This document shows positions 37,437 through 51,096 of a stretch of 64,000 nt of DNA, piece by piece (the first letter of the stretch is position 1; the number at the start of each line of letters is the position of its first letter). The translations under genes and the position numbers were made by a program. Source of the stretch: Octopus sinensis (lineage: Eukaryota). The stretch spans positions 112,096,001 through 112,160,000 of the forward strand of contig NC_043002.1 of assembly GCF_006345805.1 (NCBI RefSeq), given 5' to 3'. The notes below the pieces were generated by a model. The model was not told the origin of the DNA and made no database searches. It saw nothing but the letters and a program-made list of their open reading frames with translations.

Positions 37437-37834
37437 TCTTTATATATAAAAGTAAGGTTGTGTGTCTGTCTCCTACGATTTAGATTCCTAACTACTCCCA
37501 CATTTTGCGGTACAGTTTAACCAAAACCGGGTATCTTATAGTTGTGATTCATATCGAGCCCTTCTGGGTATTAGCGCGCGTCTACGATGAGTCTACGATT
37601 TAAAAAAAAATTACCATCATTTTTTTCCACTTTAATGCATTTTTTCCGCTATTATATAAGGGAAGTAACTCTCTAAAAATGTCTACCATGAGTCAACGAT
37701 TTAAAAAAAAATTTACCATAATTTTTTTTCCATTTTTAATGCATTTTTTTGCTATTTTTTGGCTTTAACTCTCTAAAAATACTTATATAGTTATTACCCT
37801 TACAAACCCGAGCAACGCCGGGCGATACCTCTAG
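37437..37834 (+). mobile_element. Helitron H1, complete
   Basis: A|TCTTTATATATAAAAG ... CCCGAGCAACGCCGGG ... CTAG|T. Confidence 0.9.
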
Positions 37835-37989
37835 TTTATAATATAATAATTTCTTTTCAAAAACAATATTAATAAATCTCTTTAAGAACTACATTTTTGT
37901 TCACTGTAGATATCACATGACATTGAATCCCAATTGCACTTACACTAAAACCGGCTCTGCTAGGAAATTTGCTGGTATCTCACTATTTT

Positions 37990-39225
37990 TTAATCATTTC
38001 TCATTACTTTTCCTTGCTCCAAGTTCGAATTCGCTTAACTTTTGACATTTGAGGCTCAGCAAGTCTGTATGGCTTTCCTAATTAATCTGTTTTATGGGAA
38101 ATTTTATAAAGTATTTAAGTATTCGCCTGTATTAGTTTTCTATTTAATTTTGTTTAGTAGTATGTGATATAAAGTTTCATAAAAGCCTCTTATAACTGCA
38201 TGGTGAGCTTACTGGAGGTTGTTGTACTAGTATGTCCAATGTAATAGCTAGAGTGTTGGAATTTGCAGCTTCCAGTTACACTACAAATTTATAGATTGGT
38301 CATTTGAAGCTTGTTCTCGAGTTTACATGTTATTGTGTGTTATTGAGAAGGAAGTTTCTACTCACGGTAAGGTCTGTTAGTATATTATTAGCTTGTGTTT
38401 ATAGTTAGATGTGATGCATTTTGTGTTCTAGTTTACGAAGGATTTGATTATGCGCTCGAAGTTTTTATACATTTGGTTTATAAAATATATTTTATGTGTG
38501 ACTAGCAGTATCGGCCGGCGTTGCTCGGATTTGTAAGGGTAATAACTATATAAGCATTTTTAGAGAGTTACAGCCAAAAAATAGCAAAACAATGCATTAA
38601 AAATGGAAAAAAATTATGGTAAATTTTTTTTTAAATCGTTGACTCATCGTAGACATTTTTAGAGAGTTACTTCCCTTATATAATATCGAAAACATGCATT
38701 AAAATGGAAAAAAATGATGGTAAATTTTTTTTTAAATCGTAGACTCATCGTAGACGCGCCCTAATACCCAAAAGGGCTCGATATGAATCACGACTATAAG
38801 ATACCCGGTTTTGGGAGTAGTTAGGAATCTAAATCGTAGGAGACAGACACACAACTTGACTTTTATATATAAAGATTTGTATAATTTTATTAAGTAAATT
38901 TTAAGTTTTACTGAGTTTATTTTATTTATTTCTCTAGGGTATTGTGTGTGCATTGTGAATGTTTTGTAAGGAGTGATTTTTACCACTGGACCTAAGAGAC
39001 ATTCACAGTCTCTATGTAATTATATACACTGGTTTGAATCTTTGGAGTATACCGACTGCTTTTTTAGATTTGTGTATTTATGTCTAGAAATGGAGTCTCA
39101 TTTGTATTATTCTAGACGTTAAATTTTTGTACGGAATTATCTAATAAGCTTTTCTTTAGAATCTCAATTTCCTCTAATATATCCGTTTTAGCTAGTATAC
39201 CATCTACTCATTCAGGTATCTGGTA
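37990..39225 (-). mobile_element. Old Penelope-like remnant (RT thumb + GIY-YIG), split by a Helitron
   Basis: Minus-strand IYKF...GSCKFQHSSYYIGHTSTTTSSKLTMQL (YIG at 38235-38243) and KLNRKLIQANT; limits approximate. Confidence 0.6.
38502..38875 (-). mobile_element. Helitron H1, complete, small internal deletion
   Basis: TC and CTAG termini; lacks about 23 bp (TTAAACTGCACCGCAAAATGTGG). Confidence 0.9.
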
Positions 39226-39618
39226 TACTCTTTACTCTTTACTCTTTTACTTGTTTCAGTCATTTGACTGCGGCCATGCTGGAGCACCGCCTTTAATCGA
39301 GCAACTCGACCCCGGGACTTATTCTTTTTGTAAGCCCAGTACTTATTCTATCGGTCTCTTTTTGCCGAACCGCTAAGTAACGGGGACATAAACACACCAG
39401 CATCGGTTGTCAAGCAATGCTAGGGGGACAAATACAGATACACACACGCGTATATATATATACATATATACGACGGGCTTCTTTCAGTTTCCGTCTACCA
39501 AATCCACTCACAAGGCTTTGGTCGACCCGACACTTGCCCAAGATGCCACGCAGTTGGACTGAACCCAGAACCATGTGGTTGGCAAACAAGCTACTTACCA
39601 CACAGCCGCTCCTGCGTC
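39226..39618 (-). mobile_element. SINE family A
   Basis: Tail and head present; small internal deletion. Confidence 0.9.
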
Positions 39619-39817
39619 TATCTATGTTTTTATGTTTTTGGCATTATTCTGTTCTCTAAAATGGATAAGTACAATGCCGGAAAAATACGTTTATCCTCTT
39701 CTGTGGGTAGAGCGAGTTTCCCTCAGTATTGGTTTCTCAGGTTCTTCACATTGTTCGTATATAATGCATGTAGTGTTCTGTATAGTGCGTGTGTGTGTGT
39801 GTGCGTGTGTGTGTGCG

Positions 39818-39891
<74 letters not shown>

Positions 39892-40396
39892 CCTGTTCAA
39901 AGAAAGAATAACAGCGAATATCAGGTATGAAACAATTGGATACAATGTCTTGTTGAGTTGAGTTGTTTTCTGGGTGGATTCCCTCTGTTTCAAGTTAGAA
40001 AGTTAGTTCTCTAAGCGAAACCTAGCACTAGACCATTAATCCATATTGGCAATTTGTATATAATTCATTATATGTGCATCAAGGAGTAGCGATAAACTGT
40101 TAGAACGTTGATTCTGAGATGCAAGTTCGAAACCAGCCGGGTTTTGCTCTCTCTCCTCTTACCCGCTATATTCCTCAGCTTTCAATAACCAACAGAAGAA
40201 TGTTCTCCGTTTACTTATTCTTCGTATCTTTTTGAAGGTTTAGTAAGAAATTTATAACTTGAATCTCTGTTATTGATGTTGCCGATGACTCGGGCGAGTA
40301 GTCTCTTTTATATGTAATCAAGGCGAGTGGTGTATAATTGTTAGATTTTTATGGAACAATTTACACCCTAAGTTCCGCTATATTAAGATGAAGCTG

Positions 40397-40799
40397 TCTT
40401 TACTCTTTTTTACTCTTTTACTAGTTTCAGTCATTTGACTGCGGCCATGCTGGAGCACCGCCTTTAATCGAGCAAATCGACCCCGGAACTTATTCCTTTG
40501 TAAGCCCAGTACTTATTCTATCGGTCTCTTTTGCCGAACCGCTAAGTGACGGGGACATAAGCACACCAACATCAGTTGTCAAGCAATGCTAGAGGGACAA
40601 ACACAGACACACAAAAACACACGCATATATATATATATATATACATATATACGACGGGTTTCTTTCAGTTTCCGTCTACCAAATCCACTCACAAGGCTTT
40701 GGTCGGCCCGAGGCTATAGTAGAAGACACCTGCCCAAGGTGCCACGCGGTACCATGTGGTTGGTAAACAAGCTACTTACCACACAGCCACTCCTGCGCC
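40397..40799 (-). mobile_element. SINE family A
   Basis: Tail and head present; small deletion in the head. Confidence 0.9.
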
Positions 40800-41887
40800 T
40801 ATTTATACTTCTACGATACATTGACCAGAAATACGACCCATCTGTTCACTGAATGCACGTAATAAAATTCCAAATGTACCTCGGTGGAATCTGAGCTCAG
40901 CTACTCGATGAACTAAAAGTTGTTTCTCTGTTATTTTCCCCGTGGTATTCCAAGCAAGATATTGACAAAATCGTCATCGACCAGCTATCTCACCATTCTA
41001 CCCAAGGAAAGGAACTTCCACAAGATTTAAGTTCACCCTCTTCTGGTGAAAAAAATAAAATCTATCACTTTTGCTTTGGAACGTAGCGTTGATACCATTT
41101 TTTTGTTGCTGTTTTGTTCCTTTTTTACCACTAGTTCCAAGAAAGAAAAAAATAGAAACGCCATTATCTTCTTTTATCAACTTTTCTCTGTTATTTTTTC
41201 TTTGATTATTATATCTTGGGAATGCAAATCAATCTTGCAAAAGAAGTGCTATAGGGGAATACAAAAAATACAATACAAAACAAAACCGTAAACACGTTAC
41301 GAATCTCTGATATGAGGAGCAGTAAGAAATGTGCTGACGTGTGTTTGACATCGGCACGCAACACATCACATGCTTGTCACATCCGGGGACTCAGAGGGAT
41401 GGAGCCGTTAACAGTTCAAACAGTAAAAAACACTAGAAATGACCACAACTTTGTGGTTTTTGCACTTAGGAGTCTTTGGATTTTCGTTTGCTGCAATTCT
41501 TGAAGAACAAAGAGGAGATAAAAGTTTATTGAAAACTTAGTCAGAAATGTAACCAAGGCGCGAGATTATATTTTAGGCCGGTGGTACTTATGGATGATAT
41601 GAATAACTGATCGATATAGCGTTACTGTTGTTGTTGTTGTTGTTGTTATCGGTGGTGGTGGTGGTGGTACGTCGGGGGCATTCACGCACGAGTGTTCAGT
41701 AGATAACGCTTTCGGCTCTCTAGTTGCTGCATTGAATATCACATTTCAAAAGTACGTTGCTTTATTATATTTACTTAGGACAGCTAGTTAATCAAACTTC
41801 GTCTAAGAACCTTGTCAGGATAGTTAAAGAACAATTGGTTATTTGCATACACATACACATATTCATACATATATGTATGTATGTATT

Positions 41888-41936
<49 letters not shown>

Positions 41937-41946
41937 CGTATATATC

Positions 41947-41983
<37 letters not shown>

Positions 41984-41990
41984 CGTATAT

Positions 41991-42021
<31 letters not shown>

Positions 42022-43803
42022 CGTATATATCATATATATATATATATATCGTATATATCATATATATATAATATATATATATATATATGTATGTATGTAT
42101 GTATGTATACTGTATATCTTGTCTATATTTGTCTTGTCTCTGATAGAAGCTGTATATTAATAATTTGTTTCTGTTGCTTACAACTCAACACACAGTGAGC
42201 AAATGGCAGCATTAGACAATAAATGATACTATAAATTCAATGTTTTGCTAAGAAATTCTGATTATACAGAAACATAGCTACAGTTGCCCTCCGTTCTTGC
42301 CGGAGTAGTTAGATTATGATTTTAATCGTTGACTGATAATGCCTTTTCATAGCCACATAATTATTCTCAATTACCTTCTGTGTGAATGTTATAATTTGTC
42401 ATTTTGGGATGCCATTTCACAACATAAGCAATATGTAGCATCTACAGAAAAGAATTGAAACCGTATCATGCATTCGACTCTCTGAAACCGTAGTTCTAAT
42501 CTGTGATAAAACCATACAATTTATTTATCACTTTGGTATATATTCACAAATTCATAAGTAAAAATGGGATTTTGTGACTTTCATGCCTTTTTCTTGTGAT
42601 TAAGTTATATAAAGAGAGCGAAATTGGCTACGTTCCCTTCAATATTCAACACATTATTAACCAATAAAATGGCAAAAGGAGTCTTTGACAAGATATACAG
42701 TGTATGAGCTTTGGGACTTCTTCCATTTGAAACAATTAGACTTAACACTTTGAGTGTGTAGGTTTTAGCACAGTAGCAAATATTAAATATGCATTGGCGA
42801 ATCACCTCTTAGAAGTATCATACACAACTCTGTCAAAATGTTACCAAATACACTGAAAATTGATTAGCATATTATTTGCACTCTGATATATAATGAATAA
42901 ATATATCAATTTATAATGAATGTTTCATGTTTCTATGTTCATATGCTAGCACACTTGACATCAACGTATGTAAGTATCCATGTACACATGTATGTATACA
43001 AATACGTCTTTTATAAATGTATATGTATATGTATTTATGCATGTATTCATGGATCTATATACGGACGTATGCATCACTGAATTATAAGTACGAAAGTACA
43101 TGTGTACGCATTTACGTCACTATGTTTGCTTTGTGTAGGCCGGTGCCTCTCTTTGTCTGTCTGTGTTTGTCAGTATGTATGATTGTGTGAAATAGTTGTA
43201 TGAATAAATTTATGTATGAACTTTTCAATATTTATTGTAACAATCTTCAAGACAAGAGACTTATACTTAATTGAATAATAAAACCTGCTATGATTAGACT
43301 CCAGTACAAGCCAAACTCCTCAAAGATTTTACATATTGTGACAGCTTAAGTCATTGACTGGTGCAATGATACCAATGAGAGTAAAGTTCTAGAAAGTTAT
43401 TCACTTGCTAACGAATCGAACGAAGCCAAGTTCAAATTCTGCTATAAACATCAAGTTAAACTGCCTTTATTCTGAAAATCAGAAAATAAGTAGTATCGAT
43501 AAGCTAAATAAATAATAACATGACTGATGGCGTAGTTGTTGTTTAGTTGCAATTAAGCTCTGCTTCAGGAGATCTGTTATCGGAAGCATCCTAGACGAGG
43601 CCATTCCTTAAATTTTTTTGCTATGTATCGAGACTGTATTCTCTGATGTGGATCCGTTTTCTAGACAGTACCGTGTATGATCAGTGACATATTTGCCTGC
43701 TATCTATAGCAGATCAAGCGACTATATAGTAGTTTCTCGCTAACTCGTCATTAGCTAATCGTTCTCTAAGATATGTCTCTTCACCATTTTAGTTTATTTG
43801 CAA

Positions 43804-44103
43804 CTAGCAGTATCGCCCGGCGTTGCTCGGGTTTGTAAGGGAAATAACTATATAAGCATTTGTAGAGAGTTACTTCCCTTATATAAACCGAGCGAAAATG
43901 CATTAAAAATGCGGAAAAATTATGGTAATTTTTTTTTTAAATCGTAGACTCATCGTAGACGCGCGCTAATACCCAGAAGGGCTCGATATGAATCACGACT
44001 ATAAGATACCCGCTTTTGGTTCAACTGCACAGCAAAATATGGGAGTAGTTAGGAATCTAAATCGTAGGAGACAGACACACAACTTCACTTTTATATATAA
44101 AGA
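43804..44103 (-). mobile_element. Helitron H1, shortest complete form (300 bp)
   Basis: TC and CTAG termini, hairpin; one internal subunit. Confidence 0.9.
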
Positions 44104-45614
44104 TTTCCGTTCCGTACAGTATTGGACTGACATGCAATACAATACAACAATAAGCAGTTTTCTGCGAGACGTTTTTCTACAAGGAGTGTCTATTGGCATC
44201 TAGTTAGATCTTTCACCATTTTTAGGAAAGGAACAATTTTAAGTGATTTACCACGAAATACTTTTCACAGCGTAACATAACCGATTCGGAGAGTGGGAAA
44301 AAGAATGGGAAAAACTGAGAGAGTTTCTAACATAGAACACGGAGAACCATAACAACTCCCTAATGACTCTGCCAATACGTCATATTTCTTCCGTATACAA
44401 CATTCACAAAACTTGTGATAGATTTCAAAATTTTGCCAGTGAAAGATATTTGAGTTACCTGAAATTATATCCGTTATGTATTCACTGCAACATAGTTTCA
44501 ACATCCAGTTGAAGTCAATTAGCTTCACTTCACAGCTAACGCGGTACAAATGTCAAAATATGGCATAGTTCTTCCCCTAAAAGCATAACTAGTTTTAATG
44601 CCTAATCGTGTAACATAATGCTGACTCAGTTTTTTGTCGGCGTTCTTAAAATCCAAATAATGATTTCATGAAAGGACACGAAGAATAGTCTGTGTATTTG
44701 AAATAAAAGCGAAATCTCCCCTAAATCACACTTTACCATCTCCAAAAATTTTCTTTAAAAGGACACGTTAAACAATGTAGCTTCAGATATCTCTAAAATG
44801 ACGTGATGGTTACAGTCAGAACGCTTTTGATTAAAGATTTCTTATATCAGAGTTAAACAGGGCTAAACAACGACAACAATATACTAAAATAGTTGTTTAT
44901 ACTGAAATAGTCTTTACGGGAAACATTTCATCTCGGAAGTAACAGCTCTATAGAGAGAATCCGTTCCAAAGACATAAAAACCAGCAAGATCCAGGAATTG
45001 ACTAATTCCTGCTAATTTCCACAGAAATAGTGATATTGACAGACTATTTCTCAAGGGAGAAAAAAGTATGGACAGCCTTCAAGTGTTACATGACATTACT
45101 AAGACAGCCCCTGCTAAACAGCAGCAAAAATAAAAACATCAGTCAAATAGTCAAAAATAGGGAACAACATCCCAAGGGTCGCTCGCTTCTCAGAAACTTG
45201 CAGATGACCACTTACATAAATCTGGAATTGCGGGACTCGTATATCTCATCAAGACGTGGAAGAGAAGCACTCTACATACCACAAAAGGGTCACACTCAGA
45301 CATGTTACCCGCAAACTAGAGAAGAATGACGATACAACTTTTAATATAACCTCTCTCGGACTTGCAATTGCTAAACCAAGTTACGTTTTAAAGGAAATGC
45401 TTTTGCTGGATAGGAGACAGGTACGTTTTTTTAAGCTTTGTACTTATTCTATTGGATTTTTTTGCTGAGCCGCTAGGTTACGGGGAGAGAATCAAATAAA
45501 CTGTTGTGAAGCGGTAATGGAGGACAAAGACAAATATAATGATACATACTCATACACAAACACACACACATATACATACACACACACACACAAAGACACA
45601 CACATATATATATA

Positions 45615-46030
45615 GGCGCAGAAGTGGCTGTGTGGTAAGTAGCTTGTTTACCAACCACATATTTCCGGGTTCAGTCCCACTGCGTGGCATCTTGGGCAAG
45701 TGTCTTCTACTATAGTCTCGGGCCGACCAAAGCCTTGTGAGTGGATTTGGTAGACGGAAACTGAAAGAAGCCCGTCGTATATATGTATATATATATATGT
45801 ATGTGTGTGTGTTTGTGTGTCTGTGTTTGTCCCCCTAGCATTGCTTCACAGCCGATGCTGGTGTGTTTATGTCCCCGTCACTTAGCGGTTCGGCAAAAGA
45901 GACCGATAGAATAAGTACTGGGCTTACAAAGAATAAGTCCTGGGGTCGAGTTGCTCGATTAAAGGCGGTGCTCCAGCATGGCCGCAGTCAAAATGACTGA
46001 AACAAGTAAAAAGAGAGAAAAGAAAGAAAG
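45615..46030 (+). mobile_element. SINE family A, full length
   Basis: GGCGCAGAAGTGGCTGTGTGG head; sits in the microsatellite of an older opposite-strand fragment (45425-45600). Confidence 0.9.
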
Positions 46031-46519
46031 AGAATATAACAGGTTTCATTCTGTTTCCGTCTTCTAGCCTACTAAATCCATTCTCAAGGATCTTAATGGA
46101 CTGCAATAGTAAAAGTCATTTACCTAAGGTACGCAAACTTCCTTCTACATAACCACACCTAGGTGCTCGTTTAAATTTTATTTACTCGCAACTTTCGACA
46201 TCAGGAGAATTAGGGATATTTTGCTTTGAGACAACAGTTTGAAGCAGTCCAAATCAGTAAATTCTTACGAAGTCAACATTACAAATTTTTACCATGAAAG
46301 TCTATTTAACAAATATTTCTAATTACGCGAAGGAATGAGAAAGAAAAAATATTCTTAATAGTTGTATGTAGCCTAGCATTGTCTAACAAAATGGCTGGAC
46401 CTAGTAAAAGTGCTGAGGAGTATATAGGCATTTCACATCACGTGTCATTACTGTAGGGAAAAACTTAATGAAGTAAATTTTCATTTTATTTACGTATAGA
46501 TACAGATATGCCGCAATAA

Positions 46520-47995
46520 TTATTAGTAAAATTTTGTATTAACTTCTGTAAGCACAGGTCCGGCTCGGGGTGGCATTGTCATCGGCGTACTGCATTTCAT
46601 GGACTGAGATGGTGGAGGTCCCCGTCTTTGCGTAGAGATGTGCGAGATTGAAGAGTCCAGTGGGATTTCGTTGGGCATGGCGGCCATGTACAAAAAGAAA
46701 CAGGCGGGCACATGTCAGTTGTGCCTCGAAAGAGTCGAAAGCCACATTGGAACTCAAGGAAGACGTCTTCCGCGGGATGAGGAGGTGATTGAGTAGGATA
46801 CGGGCGAAGATATTGCTTGCAATACTCAGGAGTGAGATGCCCCGATAGTTGTTGCAATCCTCTCGGTCTCCCCACTTCCAGATGGTGATGATAGTTGCAT
46901 CACAGAAGTCGTTCGGAAGGGTTTTGCTTCCCAGATCTTTAGAATAACGGGCGTCAGGTGATTTCCCAGCTCAGGACCTCCGTGCGTTAATAACTCAAAC
47001 GGGATGTTTGTCTGACTCCTGGTGCTTTTCCTGGATTCATGCGCTCGAATGCCGTGTTGAGCTCATGGGACAGGTCCATCCAGTGGTGGATGGGGAGCTG
47101 CGAGGGGGGTTTGGAGTGGTCGTTAAGTAGGCTCTCGCAATGCGACTTCCAGCGATCGAGGTTTCCCTGGGTGTCGGATATCTTAGAGCCAGCTGCGTTC
47201 TTCAGGCCACCCACTGATGACCTTCTGGGTCGAAGATCTCCTTGGTTGCTGCATAAAAGCGGTGCTGCACCAGGCAAGGAGCGGGTGATGCGTACATCTC
47301 GTCCATCCTTGGATTCTGTCAGAACGTAGTCGAGGATGTGCCAGTGTTTAGACCGTGGGTATTTCCAAGTCGTCATTTGTCGGGTAGGGAGACGAAATAG
47401 GGAGTTGGCGATGACGAGTTCGTGCTCGGCACAAGGGCCCAGGAAGAGCTGACCATTGGCATTGCATTTCCCAATGCCGTGATGACCAAGAATGCCGTTC
47501 CACAGACAATGATCACTACCGACTCTGCCGTTAAAGTCCCCCAACACGATGAGTTTGTCATGCGCGGGGACTGTCTGGATGGTGCGGTTCAGCAGACTGT
47601 AGAACGAAGCCTTGAAGTCGTCTTCAGATAGGAGGGTAGGGGCGTACACAGAGATCAGCGTAAGGTGTCTGTCCCGAATGAGCGGGATCCGAACAGTCAC
47701 CAGGCGCTCGCTGACAGCAGTTGGGACGAGTCTGTATTGATCCTCGAGTTTCGTTTCGATGGCAGGGCCAGCTCCATGAATGCGTAGCTCGTTAGGATTC
47801 TTTCTCCTCCAAAAAATGTTGTGTTTGGAGCCAGCTTCTCTGATGCTGCCTTCTCCGGGAAGCCTAGTCTCGTTATTAACCACGACAATTGTTTCGACAC
47901 ATCTAGCATCGATTCCTCATGGGTGGGACACTCAACAATTGGTTCAGGAGCATCCGGCGGTGCAGATGTATCTCGTCGGGTGGTAAATAAATGCA
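46520..47995 (-). mobile_element. RTE-clade LINE, internally deleted (APE + RT fragments)
   Basis: ORF 46987-47883: LISVYAPTL, IVLGDFNGRVG, GIGKCNANG, TWKYPRSKHWHILDYVL; downstream NNYRGISLLSIA and QCGFRLFRGTTDM RT motifs in other frames. Confidence 0.9.
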
Positions 47996-48676
47996 ACTTC
48001 TATTTTAACTTGTTAAAATAGAATTTCCACAATGTAACGTCCCGTTTTGTAGTAAGAAAATCAACCAGACGGAGGGAATATCTTCATTTATATAGATCAA
48101 AAATAAAATCACAGATGGCAAAAAGAGAAACGAACACGCAATCCAGCGAGAAAAGTATTTAAAATAACTGTTAACAAACATGGATCTATAAACACCCTCG
48201 GATAAGCCGCATGGCGCGAGTACACTCACTCATACAAGCATCCGCAAAAATGTGAGCATACGCACATGTGAGGTCTGGTGCACTCATGATCACAAAGTGA
48301 GTTAGTTATTTACTTAATGTTTATAGGAATGGGGAGGTTAAAAGTAAATTTAAGTCATCCATACCTTAAAGTAAATTAAATTATGTTAACAGCTACTCAA
48401 AATTTATTCCCACAGCATTGTGTGAAAGTACATTTATATGCGTGTAGGCATCTCGTGAGTCGTTCAAAAATTCTATTAATGATCGTAAGTCCACAGAATA
48501 GACAGGGATTCCTCAGAGCAGAGACGGCATCTGCTGGAAATTGTATTGTATGATTTCGCGTACCTTACTATCGACCAAGTTATGCCGTACCCAATCCTCC
48601 TTCAGTCGCCATACAAAATCTGCCGAAGATGTTGAATGTCTCTTTTTAATTGCCTTAAAGATGGCAACACGGTTAC

Positions 48677-49062
48677 TCTTTTACTCTTTTACTTGTTTCA
48701 GTCATTTGACTGTGGCCATGCTGGAGCACCGCCTGTAGTCGAGCAAATCGACCCTGGGACTTATTCTTTGTAAACCCAGTACTTATTCTATCGGTCTCTT
48801 TTGCCGAACCACTAAGTGACGGGGACGTAAACACACCAGCATCGGTTGTCAAGAAATGCTAGGGGGACAAACACACACACACAAACACATACACACACAT
48901 ATATATATACATATATACGACAGGCTTCTTTCAGTTTCCGTCTACCAAATCCACTCACAAGGCATTGGTCGGCCCGGGGCTATAGCAGAAGACACTTGGG
49001 AATGAACCCGGAACCATGTGGTTGGTTAGCAAGCTACTTACCACACAGCCACACCTGCGCCT
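48677..49062 (-). mobile_element. SINE family A with 16-bp TSD
   Basis: ATGGCAACACGGTTAC at 48661-48676 and 49063-49078. Confidence 0.95.
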
Positions 49063-49084
49063 ATGGCAACACGGTTACGATAAC

Positions 49085-49610
49085 GATTCTTAAATGATTT
49101 AGCTGTCTGCCCTTGTGTTTACGGTACATTTACTGACAAGATTTGTACTCATACAGAGGAGGGCATTTTGATTTTTCTCTGCATGAGTATTTTATCGTAT
49201 TTATTTGTACATAAGGCAGTCCTGACTCCATTTACCGGCGTTGTTACCGTGTTAGCGGTATCATAAGTATTTCTACTACTACAAATTGGTCGTAATTGTT
49301 GTTTATCATTGCGGTTTATATCTCCTTGGTTAGTATTTAGATGCAAATGTTTGCTAGATCCAGTAGGTCGGTTATTGAACCGTTGCCGCATTTTGTTATT
49401 GTTTATGCGATGCATACGCTGCTCTAAACTAGCAGAGTCGGCGTAGGATACCTTCACTGTGTGTCGATTAAAAATAGCATGATACCGATTAGATTTAGGA
49501 AAACACTTGTCCAAAGCAGCAACAAATTTTCCAGTGAGCATGGTTAAAACATGCGAAACGAAAATCGGGTTGAACCAGAGGACATCCTGATTCCTGTATC
49601 AGTTATTAGG
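49085..49610 (-). mobile_element. Diverged PLE fragment related to the 50.7-kb element
   Basis: VLWFNPIFVSHVLTMLTGKFVAALDKCFPKSNRYHAIFNRHTVKVSY aligns with VIWFTPPYSPEVAFNIGKYFLALIDRHFPVNHAYRKLFNRHNLKISF. Confidence 0.85.
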
Positions 49611-49751
49611 ATTATTTGATCGAGTCTGTTGTACAGGAGTGGATCAAGCAGTTGGATTATATATATATTTATAGATATAGATATAGATGTATATATGTGT
49701 GTGTGTGCGTTGCGTGTCTGTGTGTGTGTGCGTATGCGTGTGCATGTGCGC

Positions 49752-49821
<70 letters not shown>

Positions 49822-49823
49822 GT

Positions 49824-50317
49824 GAAAATGAAAAACTGCATGGGATGTCCAGCTAGCCGGGTGTCATTTCTCTCGCTTCTCAATATCTTTTTTTTCCTCT
49901 TCTATTTATTCTATATTCTTTCAAAATTTCTCTCGGGCGTTACCCATTACAATTCGTCTTGGCCTAACAGCCCTAAACGTCTGTCGTCGTCGATCATTTC
50001 TGTTCGTCCACTCTGGTGTCGCTTGTTCGTTCGAAGCCCTAACACTCCACAAATTTTATATTTTAAAAGTTTGTGGATAAGACAGTAGTCTTATGAGATT
50101 TTCCTGCTTTGTCTTTAAAAGCACGAAACAGGTAGTAATGAACAGTCGCCAACTGAAGAGGCGTTAGTCGTCTTTTGGTATTTTGTCCCGAACTTATTTT
50201 TGGTTGTGCGTTTACGTATTTTTCGCTCGTTGGTGATGTCCTGTACTTAATATGTATTTTTTCATTTTTCTTAAATAATTGAACGCCACGCAGCCTTTGT
50301 CAACAGCATGTCTTTAC

Positions 50318-50320
<3 letters not shown>
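49824..50320 (+). mobile_element. Probable PLE terminal repeat (pLTR) fragment with two damaged hammerhead relics; duplicated from 53373
   Basis: CTTATGAG...CACGAAACAGGTA (50090-50134) and CCAA-CTGAAGA-GGCG ttagt CGTC lacking GAAA (50149-50178); ends at (TA)n. Confidence 0.4.
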
Positions 50321-50363
<43 letters not shown>

Positions 50364-50367
<4 letters not shown>

Positions 50368-50607
50368 TGTGATAAATAAAATATATGCATACATACAAAC
50401 ATATATGTACGTACCGACATCTACATGTATATATACATGCATATATAAATATATATACGTACAGGACACCACAAGAAGACGTAAAAATCAACCTTCTTGT
50501 GGTGTCCTGTACGTATATATATTTATATATGCATGTATATATACATGTAGATGTCGGTTCTTACATATATGTTTGTATGTATGCATATATTTTATTTATC
50601 ACACTAT
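50364..50607. repeat. Long fold-back palindrome: ~115-bp arms, 14-nt loop
   Basis: Arms about 50364-50478 and 50493-50607, 2 mismatches plus one dinucleotide indel; loop ACGTAAAAATCAAC. Confidence 0.95.
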
Positions 50608-51096
50608 TGTCTGACAGCGCTTCGCGTCGGGTTCGTTTGAATTTTCGATTTTTCGAATTCTCACTTCGTTCCGTCTCTTTCCTCCCAGTTTGTTTTACAG
50701 TTTATATATATATATTATATATATATATATATATAATATATATATATATATATTGATAAAACGGTAAGATAAAACCAAGAACTTATACCTGGTAGATAAC
50801 AGCAAATACACACAACTCTTACACAGCAGCATCATTAATAATTATACTAAGGCTAGGGCACAGACATATAACGAAATTAATAAAGAAGCTAGCGTCATCG
50901 CCGCTAAACTTAAATTAGATAAAAAAATAGAAACCCTCCCCCAAAAAGAGGCCTTTATTACTATTAAGACCGCAAAGAAAACTTCCTTTCCAACCCTAAA
51001 TGTAGGCTTATCAACCCAGCCAAGTCAGAACTAGGGATTATTAGCAAAGAAATTTTAGATAAAATAAATACGAAAATTAAGACCGATACTAGGCTA

